NCBI GenBank assembly: GCA_951406725.2 | Contig: OX597823.1 | Span: forward strand, 32,488,001 to 32,552,000 | Origin: Octopus vulgaris | Taxonomy: Eukaryota | DNA length: 64,000 bases | Direction: 5' to 3' | In this document: in pieces, positions 1-12,216 of the stretch | Numbering within the stretch: position 1 is the stretch's first letter | Layout of the letters: each line of letters begins with the position of its first letter | The notes under the pieces: model-generated | The model's input: only the letters and a program-made list of their open reading frames with translations | Told to the model about the DNA's origin: nothing | The model's database searches: none | Program-made: the position numbers and the translations under genes

Positions 1-302
1 TCCTAGTTTCCGGTTTCTAGCACGTTCTTCGAGGCTGCCAATATACACCACCGACCCCCATCGCATGTTTTTTTACTTTATCAATATGTTCCTCGCAAAA
101 AAAAAAAAAAAAATAAATAAATAAATAAATAATCCTCTCCCCTCCCCCCATCACCACCAAGTATTCCTCACTGGCTGAAGTTTCCCCTTCCTTTTCCATC
201 TCCCTGCTCTCCACCTCTAATTCTACCATAGACCAGCAGCCGGTTCCTACTATGCATGTGTAGAGACAGATACATAGGGTGAGCAGGGGTGGTGGATGGG
301 AT

Positions 303-347
<45 letters not shown>

Positions 348-1320
348 TAGATAGATAGATAGAAGTGGGTGGGGGGAAATGGTATCCCTGTGACATTTGA
401 GCTAGAGTTAAAGATAAATCCCAGTGACATCACCATATTTGTTGTACAACAGATGTCTCTCCATCTTTTATCTTCTTTTTTACCTCATACTACTACTACT
501 ACAGTTTCTAATCTCCTGTTATTTTTCTTTCTCTGAATATGTCTGTCTGGCTCTCTCTCTCTCTCTCCTGTATAGGGACGTCTGGCCATCTTCTCTCAGT
601 TCTATTTCCTCTTTATCCATCTCTCTTTCAACTCTCCCACTCTTAATCCCTCCCTTCCTCTCCCTCTCTCCAGTTTTAATCCCAGTTTATCAAATACCTT
701 TCTGTTCCCCTCTCCCTCCCCTATTCTCCTACTTTTTTCTCAGTCTTTCTTCCTCGCCTCCCTACCTTATCTATCTGTCTGTCTCTTTCTTTCCATTCCT
801 TTTCCCCCCTCTTTTGCTTCTTTCTCATTCATTCTTTCTCCCCTCCCCACTCAGCCTCCTCTCTATCACTTCCATTTCCTTAACTAAATCCCAACAATGT
901 CAACTGATTGACTTCTGCTTCAATGTTTAGACACTCTCAACTTAATTAATTTGAAATAAGGGTTTCAATTGATTGAAATGAATTTTCCATCCTGTTTTTT
1001 CATTAAAGGTATTAATCTTTTCCCCCTCCTTGCCCTGTGATCATGGTTATACTGACATTTTAAGTGAGATCTAACTTCCTTATGGACACCCCAATCATTC
1101 TTTCTATGTATGCATGTCTGTGTGTCACTATGTCTGTGTTTCTGAATGTATGTGCCTTTGTGTGTGTGTGTGTGTGTGTGTGACTAGCTGTGCGCCTCTC
1201 TATATTTGTGTGTGTATTTCTGAACGTAGGTGTCTGTCTCCACAGGTATTCTTTTTATGTGTGCATGCCTGTATATTTTTATAAGTAATTATGTATGTGT
1301 TTCTAATTGTTTGTATATAT

Positions 1321-1673
1321 GGCATGGCCGTGTGGTAAGTAGCTTGCTCACCATCCACATGGTTCCGGGTTCAGTCCCACTGCATGGCACCTTGGGCAAG
1401 TGTCTTCTACTATAGCCCCGTGCCGATCAAAGCCTTGGATTTGGTAGATGGAAACTGAAAGAAGCCTGTCATATATATGTGTGTGTGTGTGTGTTTGTGT
1501 TTGTCTTCCACACCTATGTTGGTGTGTTTATGTCCCCGTAACTTAGCGGTTCAGCAAAAGAGACCGATAGAATAAGTACTGGGCTTACAAAGAATAAGTC
1601 CTGGGGTTCATTTGTTCGACTAAAGGCATTGCTCCAGTATGGCCACAGTCAAATGACTGAAACAAATAAAAGA
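1321..1673 (+). mobile_element. tRNA-derived SINE family A (octopus OR-type)
   Basis: A-box TGGCCGTGTGG, B-box GGTTCAGTCC, body ccttgggcaagtgtcttctactatagc, internal (TG)n and tail tgactgaaacaa-taaaaga; near-identical copies elsewhere in the window. Confidence 0.85.
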
Positions 1674-2889
1674 ATATGTATGTGCATCTATTCATTTATA
1701 CATGTAAGTGTATGCATTTGTTTTACTGTATGAGTGTGTTTGTGCAATATGTGTGTCTGTGTGCATGTTTGTGCATTTATCTGTGTGTGTGTGTGTGTGT
1801 GTGCGCATGCATCCATTTGTGTCTGTATGTCTATACTTATATGTGTATGTTTGTGAGGGTGTATATGTATGCATGTGTATATATATATGCAAATAGCTAC
1901 TCCCTTACTGAAACAAACCCCTATTAATTTCTCTCATAAGCTTCACTCGAATGGTAAAGGTAATAGAATGTCAGAAACAGCAAAATACCAGCCAAAATGC
2001 AATTTATCAGTGTTTACTTTTACTGCACAATATTCTCAGTTCAAATCCTGCAGGCTTCAAATTTACCCTTCAGCCTCATGAGGTTCAGTAAAACATGCTA
2101 CATTGCAGAGGAAGGGAAACAGTCAAATTGATTCCAGCATTTCACTAAAGTTCTATTTACTCACATATCACCACATCAACACAATTTGAAGCACTGTACA
2201 ATTTGGAGCCTCATATGTATGTTAGGATAATGGACAACAGTTAAAAAGTACTGGAGTCATTTTGACTGTGTTCTCAAATTTCTGGCTTTGTGTTACAAGG
2301 GTGAGTCAAAAATTAATGCCATTTTGTTTAGGACAGGTATAATTACCAACACAGGAACATGTATCATACATCAAAATGATGTATGATACACAGCAAAGTG
2401 TCCACGTTAGGATTGAACCCAAAACCCCATTGTTTAGAAGCAAGCTTCTTAACCACATAGCTATGCCTACCCACATTATGTTAATGTAAACTTAAATTTG
2501 GTAACAAACACTTTGGATACTGACAGCTATTGAGAAGATTATTTTAAGTTCTTCAACTTTTGAGAAAATACATTTTCCAGGGCATCTATCATCTTCATTC
2601 TCTCCATAAAATTATATTTTATCTAGCACTGGCAGCTAATAACTTTATATTCTTCCCTGAAACTATATCATACTGGACAGTGAATGCTGTTGTATATTTC
2701 CCAAAAACATGTCTATTACAAGATAACTAATGTCTTTGATAATTCTTGTATTATCCCAAAGAACGCCATCAATTATATGTTTGGATTTGATAAACGTTTC
2801 ATGTGAAATTTTACACAAATATCATTAAATATTCTTAATATTGCATATATACAGCTAACGTCTTTGCTGTTTCAATATGTAGTTTTTCA

Positions 2890-3104
2890 AGGCCGCAAAC
2901 TGCCAGAAACATTAGTACACCGGGTGAAATGCTTAGTGGTATTTCGTCTGTCTTTACATTCTGAGTTCAAATTCCGCTGATGTTGACTTTGCCTTTCATC
3001 CTTTCAGAGTCAATAAATTAAGTACTATTTGTGTACTGGGGTCGATCTAATCGACTGACTCCCTCCCCCCAAATTTCGGGCTTTGTGCCTAGAGTAGAAA
3101 AGAA
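2890..3104 (+). mobile_element. SINE family B (degenerate tRNA-like head plus tttcatcctttcggggtcgataaattaagtacc core)
   Basis: B-box GAGTTCAAATTCC and tail tgtgcctagagtagaaaaga; at least eight related copies in the window. Confidence 0.8.
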
Positions 3105-3488
3105 TATGGTGCTTTTCTGTTACATCCGTACATCTCAAAGGTGATTACTTTTGCTGATATTCTGGAACATCTGCTAATTGCTTTGCATGTGTCTTTTACT
3201 TTTCATCGGAACTTAGTGTCATAACTGCATCTTTTGTTTATTATACTTAGCACATCTTATTTTGATGATCATGCCACATTCTTCGAAGTTGTCGAAAAAG
3301 TGCTCCATTTTTTTTTGCCATGGATTGATGTATTTTTCCCTCTGTTCATAACATCACTTTATTAAATCCAACTGTAATTTAAGACGTAGGAATTACCATT
3401 TTTATTGCAGTTTTCGTCAAGTAGGTCCAATTCAGTTCTTCACTCTTATGAAATATTGGTCTTTGAATTTCTATTTGAGAACTTTGTT

Positions 3489-3531
<43 letters not shown>

Positions 3532-4096
3532 CAGTAGCAGCAGCAGCACTGCTGCTGCTCACTTTTCTCTCTGTTGTTCCTTGTGTAAGAAAGTAGATTC
3601 AAGAAACATTGATATTTGTTTTAAGTAAACTTCCACTATTTACCCTTTCAATACCATGTCTGTCCTAATATTGACCCTTACAATCTGTCCTGGTATTTAT
3701 ACCCTTATAGTTTCCCCTCAAAATGCCACATGTCACTCAAGTCAATATATGCATCATTTTCCTCATTCTCCACTCTCAATAAACATTGCTCTGTCAACAG
3801 CCATGTACAGATTCTTGGTTTTGCAAGGCTAATGGACATCTCATTTATCAGTAACCTTGTATCAATTAAATGTACCCCATCATACAACATAACCCTGTAT
3901 CAAAAATCAGTGTGCCCCATATTACATGGGATATATTGATATTAAATGAAAATATACCCTATGTCACAAAGCCATGTAACACTGTACTTGGTAATAATGT
4001 ACCCATGTAACATATCAGTGTAACTTTGTATCAGACATCAATGTATCCCCTGTTACACTATAGTACAACCCTCCTATCAGACATGTACTCTATATC

Positions 4097-4311
4097 CAGG
4101 AGTATAGCAAGGGTAAATGGTGCCCAGAGCAAGCATCAAAATTGTACCCCCCACCCACCCAACCAAAAAGCAGAAACACGCATGAAAAAAATAACTGGGT
4201 TTTTTTTTTTTATGGATTAATTAGAAAATGATTTTGGTAAAATTGCCCCCCCCCCCTCAAAGTGGTGCTCAGAGCATGTGCCCTGCTTGCCCCACCCTCG
4301 CTACATCCCTG
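4097..4311. mobile_element. hAT-type MITE
   Basis: TIR-like ends CAGGAGTATAGCAAGGG / CCCTCGCTACATCCCTG; 8-bp flanks tctatatc / cctatatc (7 of 8 identical), consistent with a TSD. Confidence 0.7.
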
Positions 4312-5996
4312 CCTATATCAGATAATGTACCCTGTGACACACAGCTGTGTAACCCTATATCTCATGTTACACAGCTACCTAAGCCTGCACTACACAGCTA
4401 GTAGTGTAATCCTTTATAAAATAACAGTATTTTATATGATATTAGGGACCGATATAAATCCATAAGCCAGGTTATATAAAATATGTGTCCACCCTTCTCA
4501 TTAGTTGTCCATTAATATTCTCTTTTCCATTTGTTTTACAGTGAAGAGTTATCTGTTTGAACAGAAATGCCTTTGAATAGATAATACATCTCAGATCAAA
4601 GTAGCCATATCTTTTACACTTCACCACTGTTATTCACTCTATCAAACATACTATCAATGCTGTTGTACTTTTAATGCATGTAGTGCTCTGTATGCCATAA
4701 ATAACTGTTATCTATGTGTGTGTGTGCGTGCATGCATGCACATGTGTATAGACATATATCTTCAGAGATATGTTTGTATGTAAAAATATGCACGTATAAA
4801 TGCTTGTATATTTAACCTGTGAAAAGGCATTTTCACTGCAGTTTGCCATGGAAAAAAAATCTCACTTTAGGTTGTGTTAAAAACACCGAAGTTAGTTCAG
4901 AGCCCCTCCTTTGGATTGGTAGATGTATTTCTAGCTTCATTGTTGTCTTCCCTACCAGACAGTAAGCGAGGCAACTATAAACTTGATTGAAAGACTCTAC
5001 TTCCTTATAAGAAGAAATCAGAAGATATTATCCATTGAGGGCACATGTTGGCTGCCAGAACAAAGTCTATGGGTTTGGCTTGAAACAGTTGTATATAATA
5101 AACAAACTTTGTTTGAAACCATTGCTGTGAGCCCCACCCATATATTGACTTTTAATTTCTTTATCTGATTTCATACTATCAACTTATTTGAGTTAGTTTT
5201 CTTTAACTCTTTTATATTTTTATTAGGTTACTGCAGGGGTGGGGATGGAGCTTAGTTGGCAAATCAGTGAAAGCATTTCTCTGCTGAATGTACCTTATCG
5301 CCATAATCCACCCAATCAGTATTATACTTTACCACCTTACCCATCATCACCATCTTCTTAACCACTGGCAACGTATTATCTTAGCTACTACCACCACTGT
5401 CTTCTAAATCACTCAACACTACCACCATATCTTACCCACCACCACTACCACAGTAGCTATTATATCTTTGTCACCTACCCCTGCCACCCAATTCACCCAC
5501 ATCTATCACCACTACCCTACCCTTTACATTATCACAATTACCCTCCACATTTCCTTTTAATTCAATTTTATTCAATAATCTACAATCAAATTATAAGAAT
5601 TGGCTTCTAATTTTGTCCCCTTTTGACTGACATCATCTGCTGTTTTAGGGTCTCTCTCTCTTACTTAACGGGGCCATATATAACATTATCTAATGTTTTA
5701 AGGTCTCCCTCCTTCCTCCCCCCTCATCTCTCATACATCACACAGTTCTCACTCTACCCCCATTATTTCTGATTTTGACAAGGATATGACATTATCTTCT
5801 ACTGTTCTAGGATTTCTCTCTTACTTTACACACACACACACACACACAAACACACGCATGCATACACACACTACTCAAACACTTTCTTGTCACTCACAAA
5901 CACCTCTCCCCCTTCTTTTCTCCTTTTCTCTCAAACACTTGACATTCAAAACTTAACAGGTGTGTGTATATGTGTGTGTGTTTGTATTCAAAGGGC

Positions 5997-6037
<41 letters not shown>

Positions 6038-6204
6038 TCTGACTCACCTCATTCTACCTGTGGATTACATTAAGGTTACACCATGTCTATGGGATGCACA
6101 GCTCAATTACATTACAATGCAATGAATAGGTTGTGAAATTAATCTCATACATACTTGCATGCATGTATGCATACATACATACATACATAATGTGTGTGTA
6201 TATA

Positions 6205-6575
6205 CAGAGTGATTCAAAAGTCGCCATCCATAAGAACAATTTATCTTTTTATAAGAAACAGTTTATAAGAACAGTTTTTTTTATTTAACAGGCTCTATAT
6301 GGTTACCCTTGTTTTGATTAGACATTGCAATACGTTTACCCAACTCGTTGTGGACTCGTAATAGCACATCTGGTGATAAGTGTGCAAATGAGTTGGTGAT
6401 GCGTTCCTTCAAATTATTTATGTCTTTTATCTTTCTGCGATACACCATGCCTTTCAAATGTCCCCAAAGATAGAAACCAAGAGGGGTCAGATCAGGGAAT
6501 CGAGGGGATCTTATAAACTGTTTCTTATAAAGAAAATAAATTTTTCCTTTGTATGGAGACTTTTGAATCACCCTG
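6205..6575 (-). mobile_element. Tc1/mariner internal-deletion derivative retaining the transposase C-terminus
   Basis: TIRs of about 65 bp (CAGAGTGATTCAAAAGTC... / ...GACTTTTGAATCACCCTG) after TA. Minus-strand peptide SPRFPDLTPLGFYLWGHLKGMVY...LKERIT...GNHIE matches the SPDL.P.D..LWG.LK motif. Confidence 0.9.
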
Positions 6576-8599
6576 CATATATATATATATACATATATAC
6601 ACACACACAACACATACATTTGAAAGAATAACAGAAGGCAATAATTTTTTCAGATATCTGTGTCTCTTTCTCTCTGTCTGTGTCTGTCTATCTGTCTGTG
6701 TCTGTCTATCTGTCTGTCTCTCTCTTTCTGTGTGTGTGTGTATGTATATATATAATTGATTATTTTATTATATTACTAAGATACCTCAGTTTTCTACTGT
6801 TTGTATAACCTGTTTTGTGTGTGCGTGTGTATTTGTAGTGTTAGTGCTATACACAATACTACTGTATGAAAGAGGTTAGCTGAAGGCACCAAACCTGCAG
6901 ATTTAAGGATTAGACATGTCAACAACAATGCTAGCCAGACCTCTTAAACATTCTCATAGCTCTGATATTGTTACTGTTGTTGTTTTTGTGGTAGTGATGG
7001 TGGTGGTGGTTGCGTCACTGATGAAAGTGGGTTTCAGTGGTGATGGTGGTTTTGATGATGATGATGGTGGTGGTGGTGGTGGTGATGATGGCGATAGCCC
7101 ATTTTCCTGTTCAAGGGTCACGTCACATCACTGACTCATAACATTTAAGCTGCACACAGTTTTATATGTATTTTCTCTCTTTGTCTCCCCCCCCCATCTC
7201 TCTCTCTCTCTTTCTCTTTCCTTAGCTTTCAAGTGTTTTCCCCCCACCCACTCTCTGGTTCCTACCTTTCTCCAGGAGAACACTCATCCTAATGTATTCC
7301 AGAAAGTGGACAGGCTTGTCCACGCCCCCTCTTACCTGTTCAGGGTCAGTGATTTTAAGATTCTGTAGTTCTCTATTAAATAATTCAAACAAAACCGAAT
7401 CAAGAGAAATAACTCAGAGTGGCCAGTGGCAAGGATTCAAACGACATGCACAAATACAGGTATATCAAATACCACACAACATAGATTCATGCTTCATTAA
7501 AACTATCTCTGCCTCTAGAGAATATATCATAATTACCAAATAGCAGATGAGACCAGTTCCACTTGAAAAGGAGAGATAATTCCAAGAACCAAGAATTCTC
7601 TAAAAGTTGACATCCCATTAAGGAAAAGGAGAGGCTTATTGTTTGTAGGACAGACATAGAGACATGTTTCTACCTCAATAGACATCATCAGCATGCTATA
7701 TACATAAATATATACGATGGGCTTCTACACAGTTTCCATCTACCAAATTCACTGACAAGGCATTGGTTAGCCTGGGGCTACAGTAGGAGACACTTGCCCA
7801 AGGTGTTATGCAGTGGAACTGAACCCGAAACAATGGGATTGCAAAGCAAGCTTCTTAACCATACAGCCATGTATCTGTAATTTAAAAATGCAGCCTTGTC
7901 TGATTCTACTTGAGGGTTACATTAAGGGTACATGAGTCTGTGGAACACTCAACCACTTACAAGTTAATTCTAGAGCAGGTGATTCATTTGAGCTGTCAAA
8001 CAACTGGATCCTCACCATTGAAATCAACAAAGACCCATCTCCTGTTTACTAACTTTTGAAGATAATTAAATAACTGCTGTGGTTTGGATATAATTGTCTA
8101 TTTATGTAAAAAAAAAATGGATTCCTCTATCAGTTTTAAGGATTTGTACTCAGCTGTTGGATCAAGTGAACAAATTATTCATAAGATTAATAAGTAAGTC
8201 CGTAGCCACACTGTGGAATTGAATGCATCACTTCACAATTGCAGAGCTAGTTTCTTAAGGTGCTTTGTGTGTGTGTGTTGTGTGTGTTTTACTAGGTTGT
8301 TATATCCTATCATACATGTGCCAGTGTCTGTGTCTGTTTTTGTATGTTGTATATATCATACTGTATCTTGATACTGTGTTATTGTCCTTCATTGAGATTA
8401 TAGTTCTAGTAAGGGTTAAACTTGTTTAGGGAGTTTATAGTTTATGGAAGTTTTGTTGCATAGACACACGCACACACACACACACACACACACACGTTTA
8501 TGTATGTATATATGTCTGTATCCATCTGTACGTGTATTTATATGGATGCAACTATACATTTAAATGCTTTCTTCATTAAAAAAAAACACTTCATGTAAC

Positions 8600-8677
8600 T
8601 GGCTCTGAAGAAGCTATGTCACATTGGCACTCAACTCTGGATGCACAGTTTCTCATAGTTGAAACAGCTGTAAGCTA
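8600..8677 (+). ncRNA. Type I hammerhead ribozyme motif with an intact core and a large loop 2
   Basis: TGGCT-CTGAAGA(8605-8611)-AGCTATG...CATAGTT-GAAAC(8661-8665)-AGCT-GTA-AGCTA. Stem I is 5 bp, stem II is 7 bp, stem III is the palindrome ACAGCTGT, and the cleavage triplet is GUA. Confidence 0.7.
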
Positions 8678-9562
8678 ATGAAAGTGACTAGACAGACACT
8701 ACATACTTTACCAAAACTCTATATTTAAAAAGCAAAGGTTCCACCGGGCTTAATTAGAGAAATGAAAGGGCAGCATCATGATCCTTTTTTAGAGAGCCTC
8801 CATGACTTGTGGTAGGAGATAGGGAAAAAGATATCTTCAAACCAAAGAGCCATTCGAAGGACTTGTAACAGAGTGTCCAATAAACAGTCTCTTGGATAAG
8901 CTTCCACAAGTTTCCATTCACCTAATTTCGTTCACTCACAAACTGAGGCTATCTTAGAAGACATTTGACCAAAGTGCTGCTTAGTGGAATTGGACCTAAG
9001 ACTATGTGGTTGCAAAATAAAATTCTTAAACCATAGAGCTATGCCTGCACTAGAAATACATTTATCCTTTCGTAACCCTCTCTAGACCCCCACTTAGGGT
9101 TAATAAAACAAGGTGCTGGGTTTGATTTATATTCTAAAAATACATTCTGGACGTGAGAGGAATTATAATAGAATTATAAGGTGTTAAACTGTTTTCTTTT
9201 TGTTGTTTGTTTATTTATTTTGTTGTTGGTTTGGTTTCTGATTCAAAACTGTCTGTTTTAAATGTTTGTATTTGAATTAAAACCTGTCATCATAATTTTA
9301 TATAAGACCCTTCAGCTTTATAATGAAATAATAAAGTCAGTTATTGAACTAAATCGCCTTGAAAAATATTTTCAAAATTAATTGAAACAGAATGAGAAAT
9401 ATGATCACAAAAATGGGTGGTTTTTTTTTCCACATAAAACCACAAATATATTTATTGTGAATGTGTATGTGTGTGTGTGTGTGTAGGTATGGTAGAACAA
9501 ACAGGATAAAAAGAATCCAATGCATGAATATATATATGTTTTATTATTTTTAATCAGCTATG

Positions 9563-10160
9563 TTGGTGAGCTGGCAGAAATGTTAGTACGCCAGGCGAAA
9601 TGCTTAGCGGTATTTCGTCTGCTGCTACGTTCAGAGTTCAAATTCCGCCAAGGTCGACTTTGCCTTTCATCCTTTCGGGGTCGATTAAATAAGTACCAGT
9701 TACACACTGGGGTCGATATAATTGACTTAATCCGTTTGTCTGTCCTTGTTTGTCCTCTCTGTGTTTAGCCCCTTGTGGGTAGTAACGAAATAGGTATTTG
9801 ATTTGTCTTTATGTTCTGAGTTTGAATTCTGCCGAGGTCAACTTTGCCTTTCATCATTTCAGGGTTGATAAATTAAATACCATTTGCATACTGGGGTCGA
9901 TCTAATTGACTGGCCCCCTCCCCCAGTCAAAAAAATTTTAAGGCAGTGAGCTGGCAGAAACGTTAACATGCAGGGTGAAATGCTTAGCGGTATTTCATCT
10001 GTCTTTACATTCTGAGTTCGAATTCTACCGAGGTTAACTTTGACTTTCATCCCTTCGGGGTCGATAAATTAAGTACCAGTTGTGTACTGGGAGTCGATCT
10101 AATCGACTGTCCCCCCCCCCTCACCCAAAATTTCAATCCTTGTGCCTAGAGTAGAAAAGA
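9563..10160 (+). mobile_element. Tandem cluster of three SINE family B copies
   Basis: Units at about 9563-9797, 9798-9935 and 9940-10160, each with the gtcgactttgcctttcatcctttcggggtcga core. Confidence 0.85.
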
Positions 10161-10351
10161 TTATTTTTAATCAGTTGAAGTTGGAAAAGTAACTCAAGGG
10201 TCAAGAATTTCATAACTGCCTTGAATGAAACTCAGCATTGGAGTCACTTTGTAACTTCCGCTAATTCAGAATATGGTATATATACATTTGGATTGTTGGC
10301 GATTTTTTTTCCCTCCATCTTCCTTTTCTCTTGGACTTTCCTCCGTCTCCA

Positions 10352-10386
10352 GTTTCTGAAGAAGAGCTTTGCTCGAGACATAAAAC
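10352..10386 (+). ncRNA. Degenerate minimal hammerhead motif
   Basis: GTTT-CTGAAGA-A-GAGC-TTT-GCTC-GAGAC-ATA-AAAC, two substitutions from GAAAC-GTA. Confidence 0.45.
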
Positions 10387-10574
10387 CACCTTTCTTTCCT
10401 TTCCTTAGCATCTGTTAATACTTTACATGTACCACATACGAGCATTGTTGTTTTTTTCTTATGTTTTTTCTTCGTTTTTTTTTATTGATTATATATATAT
10501 ATATATCTAATATGAAAATTTTATCAGTGGCCAGCATATTAAAAAATACCTTTTAAGGTGAAAATTATAAACAA

Positions 10575-11030
10575 CTTATAAATAAGGGCAAAAGAAAAAA
10601 ATTCCAATGCCAAATATGCTGATGATAGACTTTAAATCGTCAATAATCACATATAATTCATCACTAAAAGCATGCATCTCGAAGCAAGCTGACAGAAATT
10701 TCTAAAAAAATTCCGTTATTACTGAGTCGGTCTGATTTCTGAGATAATTCATAAAGAATTTTCTCATCATCAGTGGTAAATACATTAAGAAATAAATGAA
10801 ATACTTAATTTCACCCATTGAAGAAGTAGACACTAAGTCATGAGTACACTTAAGTACCCCAAATATATCCAAATAGCAATTTTGCAGTACACTTCAAGGC
10901 ACGTGCTATCAGATTGAAAATTCTCATAGAGTAAGAGGCAGTGATGAATTATATGTGGTTATTGACGATTTAAAGTCTATTCTCTGCATATTTGGCATTG
11001 AAAATTTTTTTCTTTTGCCCTTATTTATAA
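10575..11030. repeat. Inverted-repeat element: arms of about 90 bp with a spacer of about 275 bp, flanked by (TA)n
   Basis: ttataaataagggcaaaagaaaaaaattccaatgccaaatatgc...cacatataattcatcact at 10576-10664 and its reverse complement at 10940-11029. Confidence 0.8.
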
Positions 11031-11299
11031 ATATATATATATATATATATATATAAGCCAAAAAGCTATTTCTAAAATCTCCCTAAGAGGGGAACACAAT
11101 AGTTGTACTAGCAAGTAATGAGGTTTGTAGCAACTTCAACATGACCGTTCCATTCGAACGGACTTTACTGCAATTTTTTAACCCCAAAAGGAGATGATCT
11201 CTTGAGGTTAAAAAATCGCAGTAAAGTCCATTCGAACAGAACAGCCATGTTGAAGTGGTTACAAACGTTACTTGATATATATATATAAACTTTGTTAAG

Positions 11300-11702
11300 G
11301 TTAACTTAACAAGGACAGAAACAGACATGACCCTACCCACTTCATGTAGGTGGACTTGTTTGATTTGTAGGTAATGTGTAAGCAGGAACTCCATACTGTA
11401 TATTCAGTGTAATGTATGGACACGCAAGAAGTGTAGTAGAATAATTGGAAGGTTATCAGAGAAACTAGTGTTCATATGTGGAAGATGCACATTCTCTCAA
11501 ATGCGGTGGTGGCTCAGTAGAGGTAGTTAATAATGTCTGCTACCTAGGGGGCCAATTTAGTTGTGGAGGAGAATGTATGGAGAGTGTAATTGCTAGAATA
11601 AGAATAGAATGGAGGAAATTCAGTGTGTTGTCACCTCTGTTGGCTGTGAAAGGTTTCTTTCTCCAAATGAAAGGAAGATTGTATGAGGCATGTATACAGA
11701 CA
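11300..11702 (+). mobile_element. RTE-clade LINE ORF2 relic (Cys-rich finger and post-RT region)
   Basis: WTCLICR*CVSRNSILYIQCNVWTRKKCS...FICGRC, then SVEVVNNVCYLGGQFSCGGECMESVIARIRIEWRKFSVLSPLL...KGRLYEACI. Confidence 0.8.
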
Positions 11703-12216
11703 AACAACAAGGTGTCAATAGAGTTAGGAGATAATTGTTCTTGGCTTGGTGTGATTGTGGCAGCAGTCAAAATGTTGTTAGTGCTGGCTGTACTACTGTC
11801 TTCTAATGTCTCTTTGGGTCAGCTGTTGTCCACTGTCCCTTTACCATCTGTCTGCTGCCGTTTCCTCCTAGTAGTTGAGGTACACTGAATATATGGTAAT
11901 GGTTAGGTTCAGAAAGAAACACACCAAAAGAGGAAATTGTTGCTGGAGCCGGTTCCAGGCAAAGTCTTGCTTAGTCAAATCTTTTCAATGACATGGATAA
12001 TATTCTAGTGAATCATGACATCAGATATAGTGATCCGATTGCTAAATATTCTTGCTACACCTATATGCATGCATACATATGTACGTACATATGCCTGTAT
12101 GTATGCATATGTACATAAATACATACATATATACATACATACATAAGTATTTTATACACATAATATATGTTATGATTATGACTTATTTCTTTTTTTTTGT
12201 CTATTTTTCTTACTAG

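Noticed and set aside
17-1927. Long ORFs rich in YI, CV, TH or LS dipeptides (also around 20001-20358, 40059-40556, 43727-44207, 45345-45845, 49799-50062)
   Set aside because: Translations of (TA)n, (TG)n and (CT)n microsatellites; no domain content or splice support.
2360-2390. 14-bp perfect hairpin tgtatcatacatca-aaa-tgatgtatgataca
   Set aside because: It sits at the junction of a mariner-like end and a SINE fragment, and is most simply a template-switch scar rather than a terminator or RNA gene.
2500-3890. Possible decayed LINE coding remnants (also about 21800-23340, 27240-27750, 31600-32340, 50440-50930, 61885-62110)
   Set aside because: Only faint motif resemblance by eye; not enough to assign a family or boundaries without alignment.
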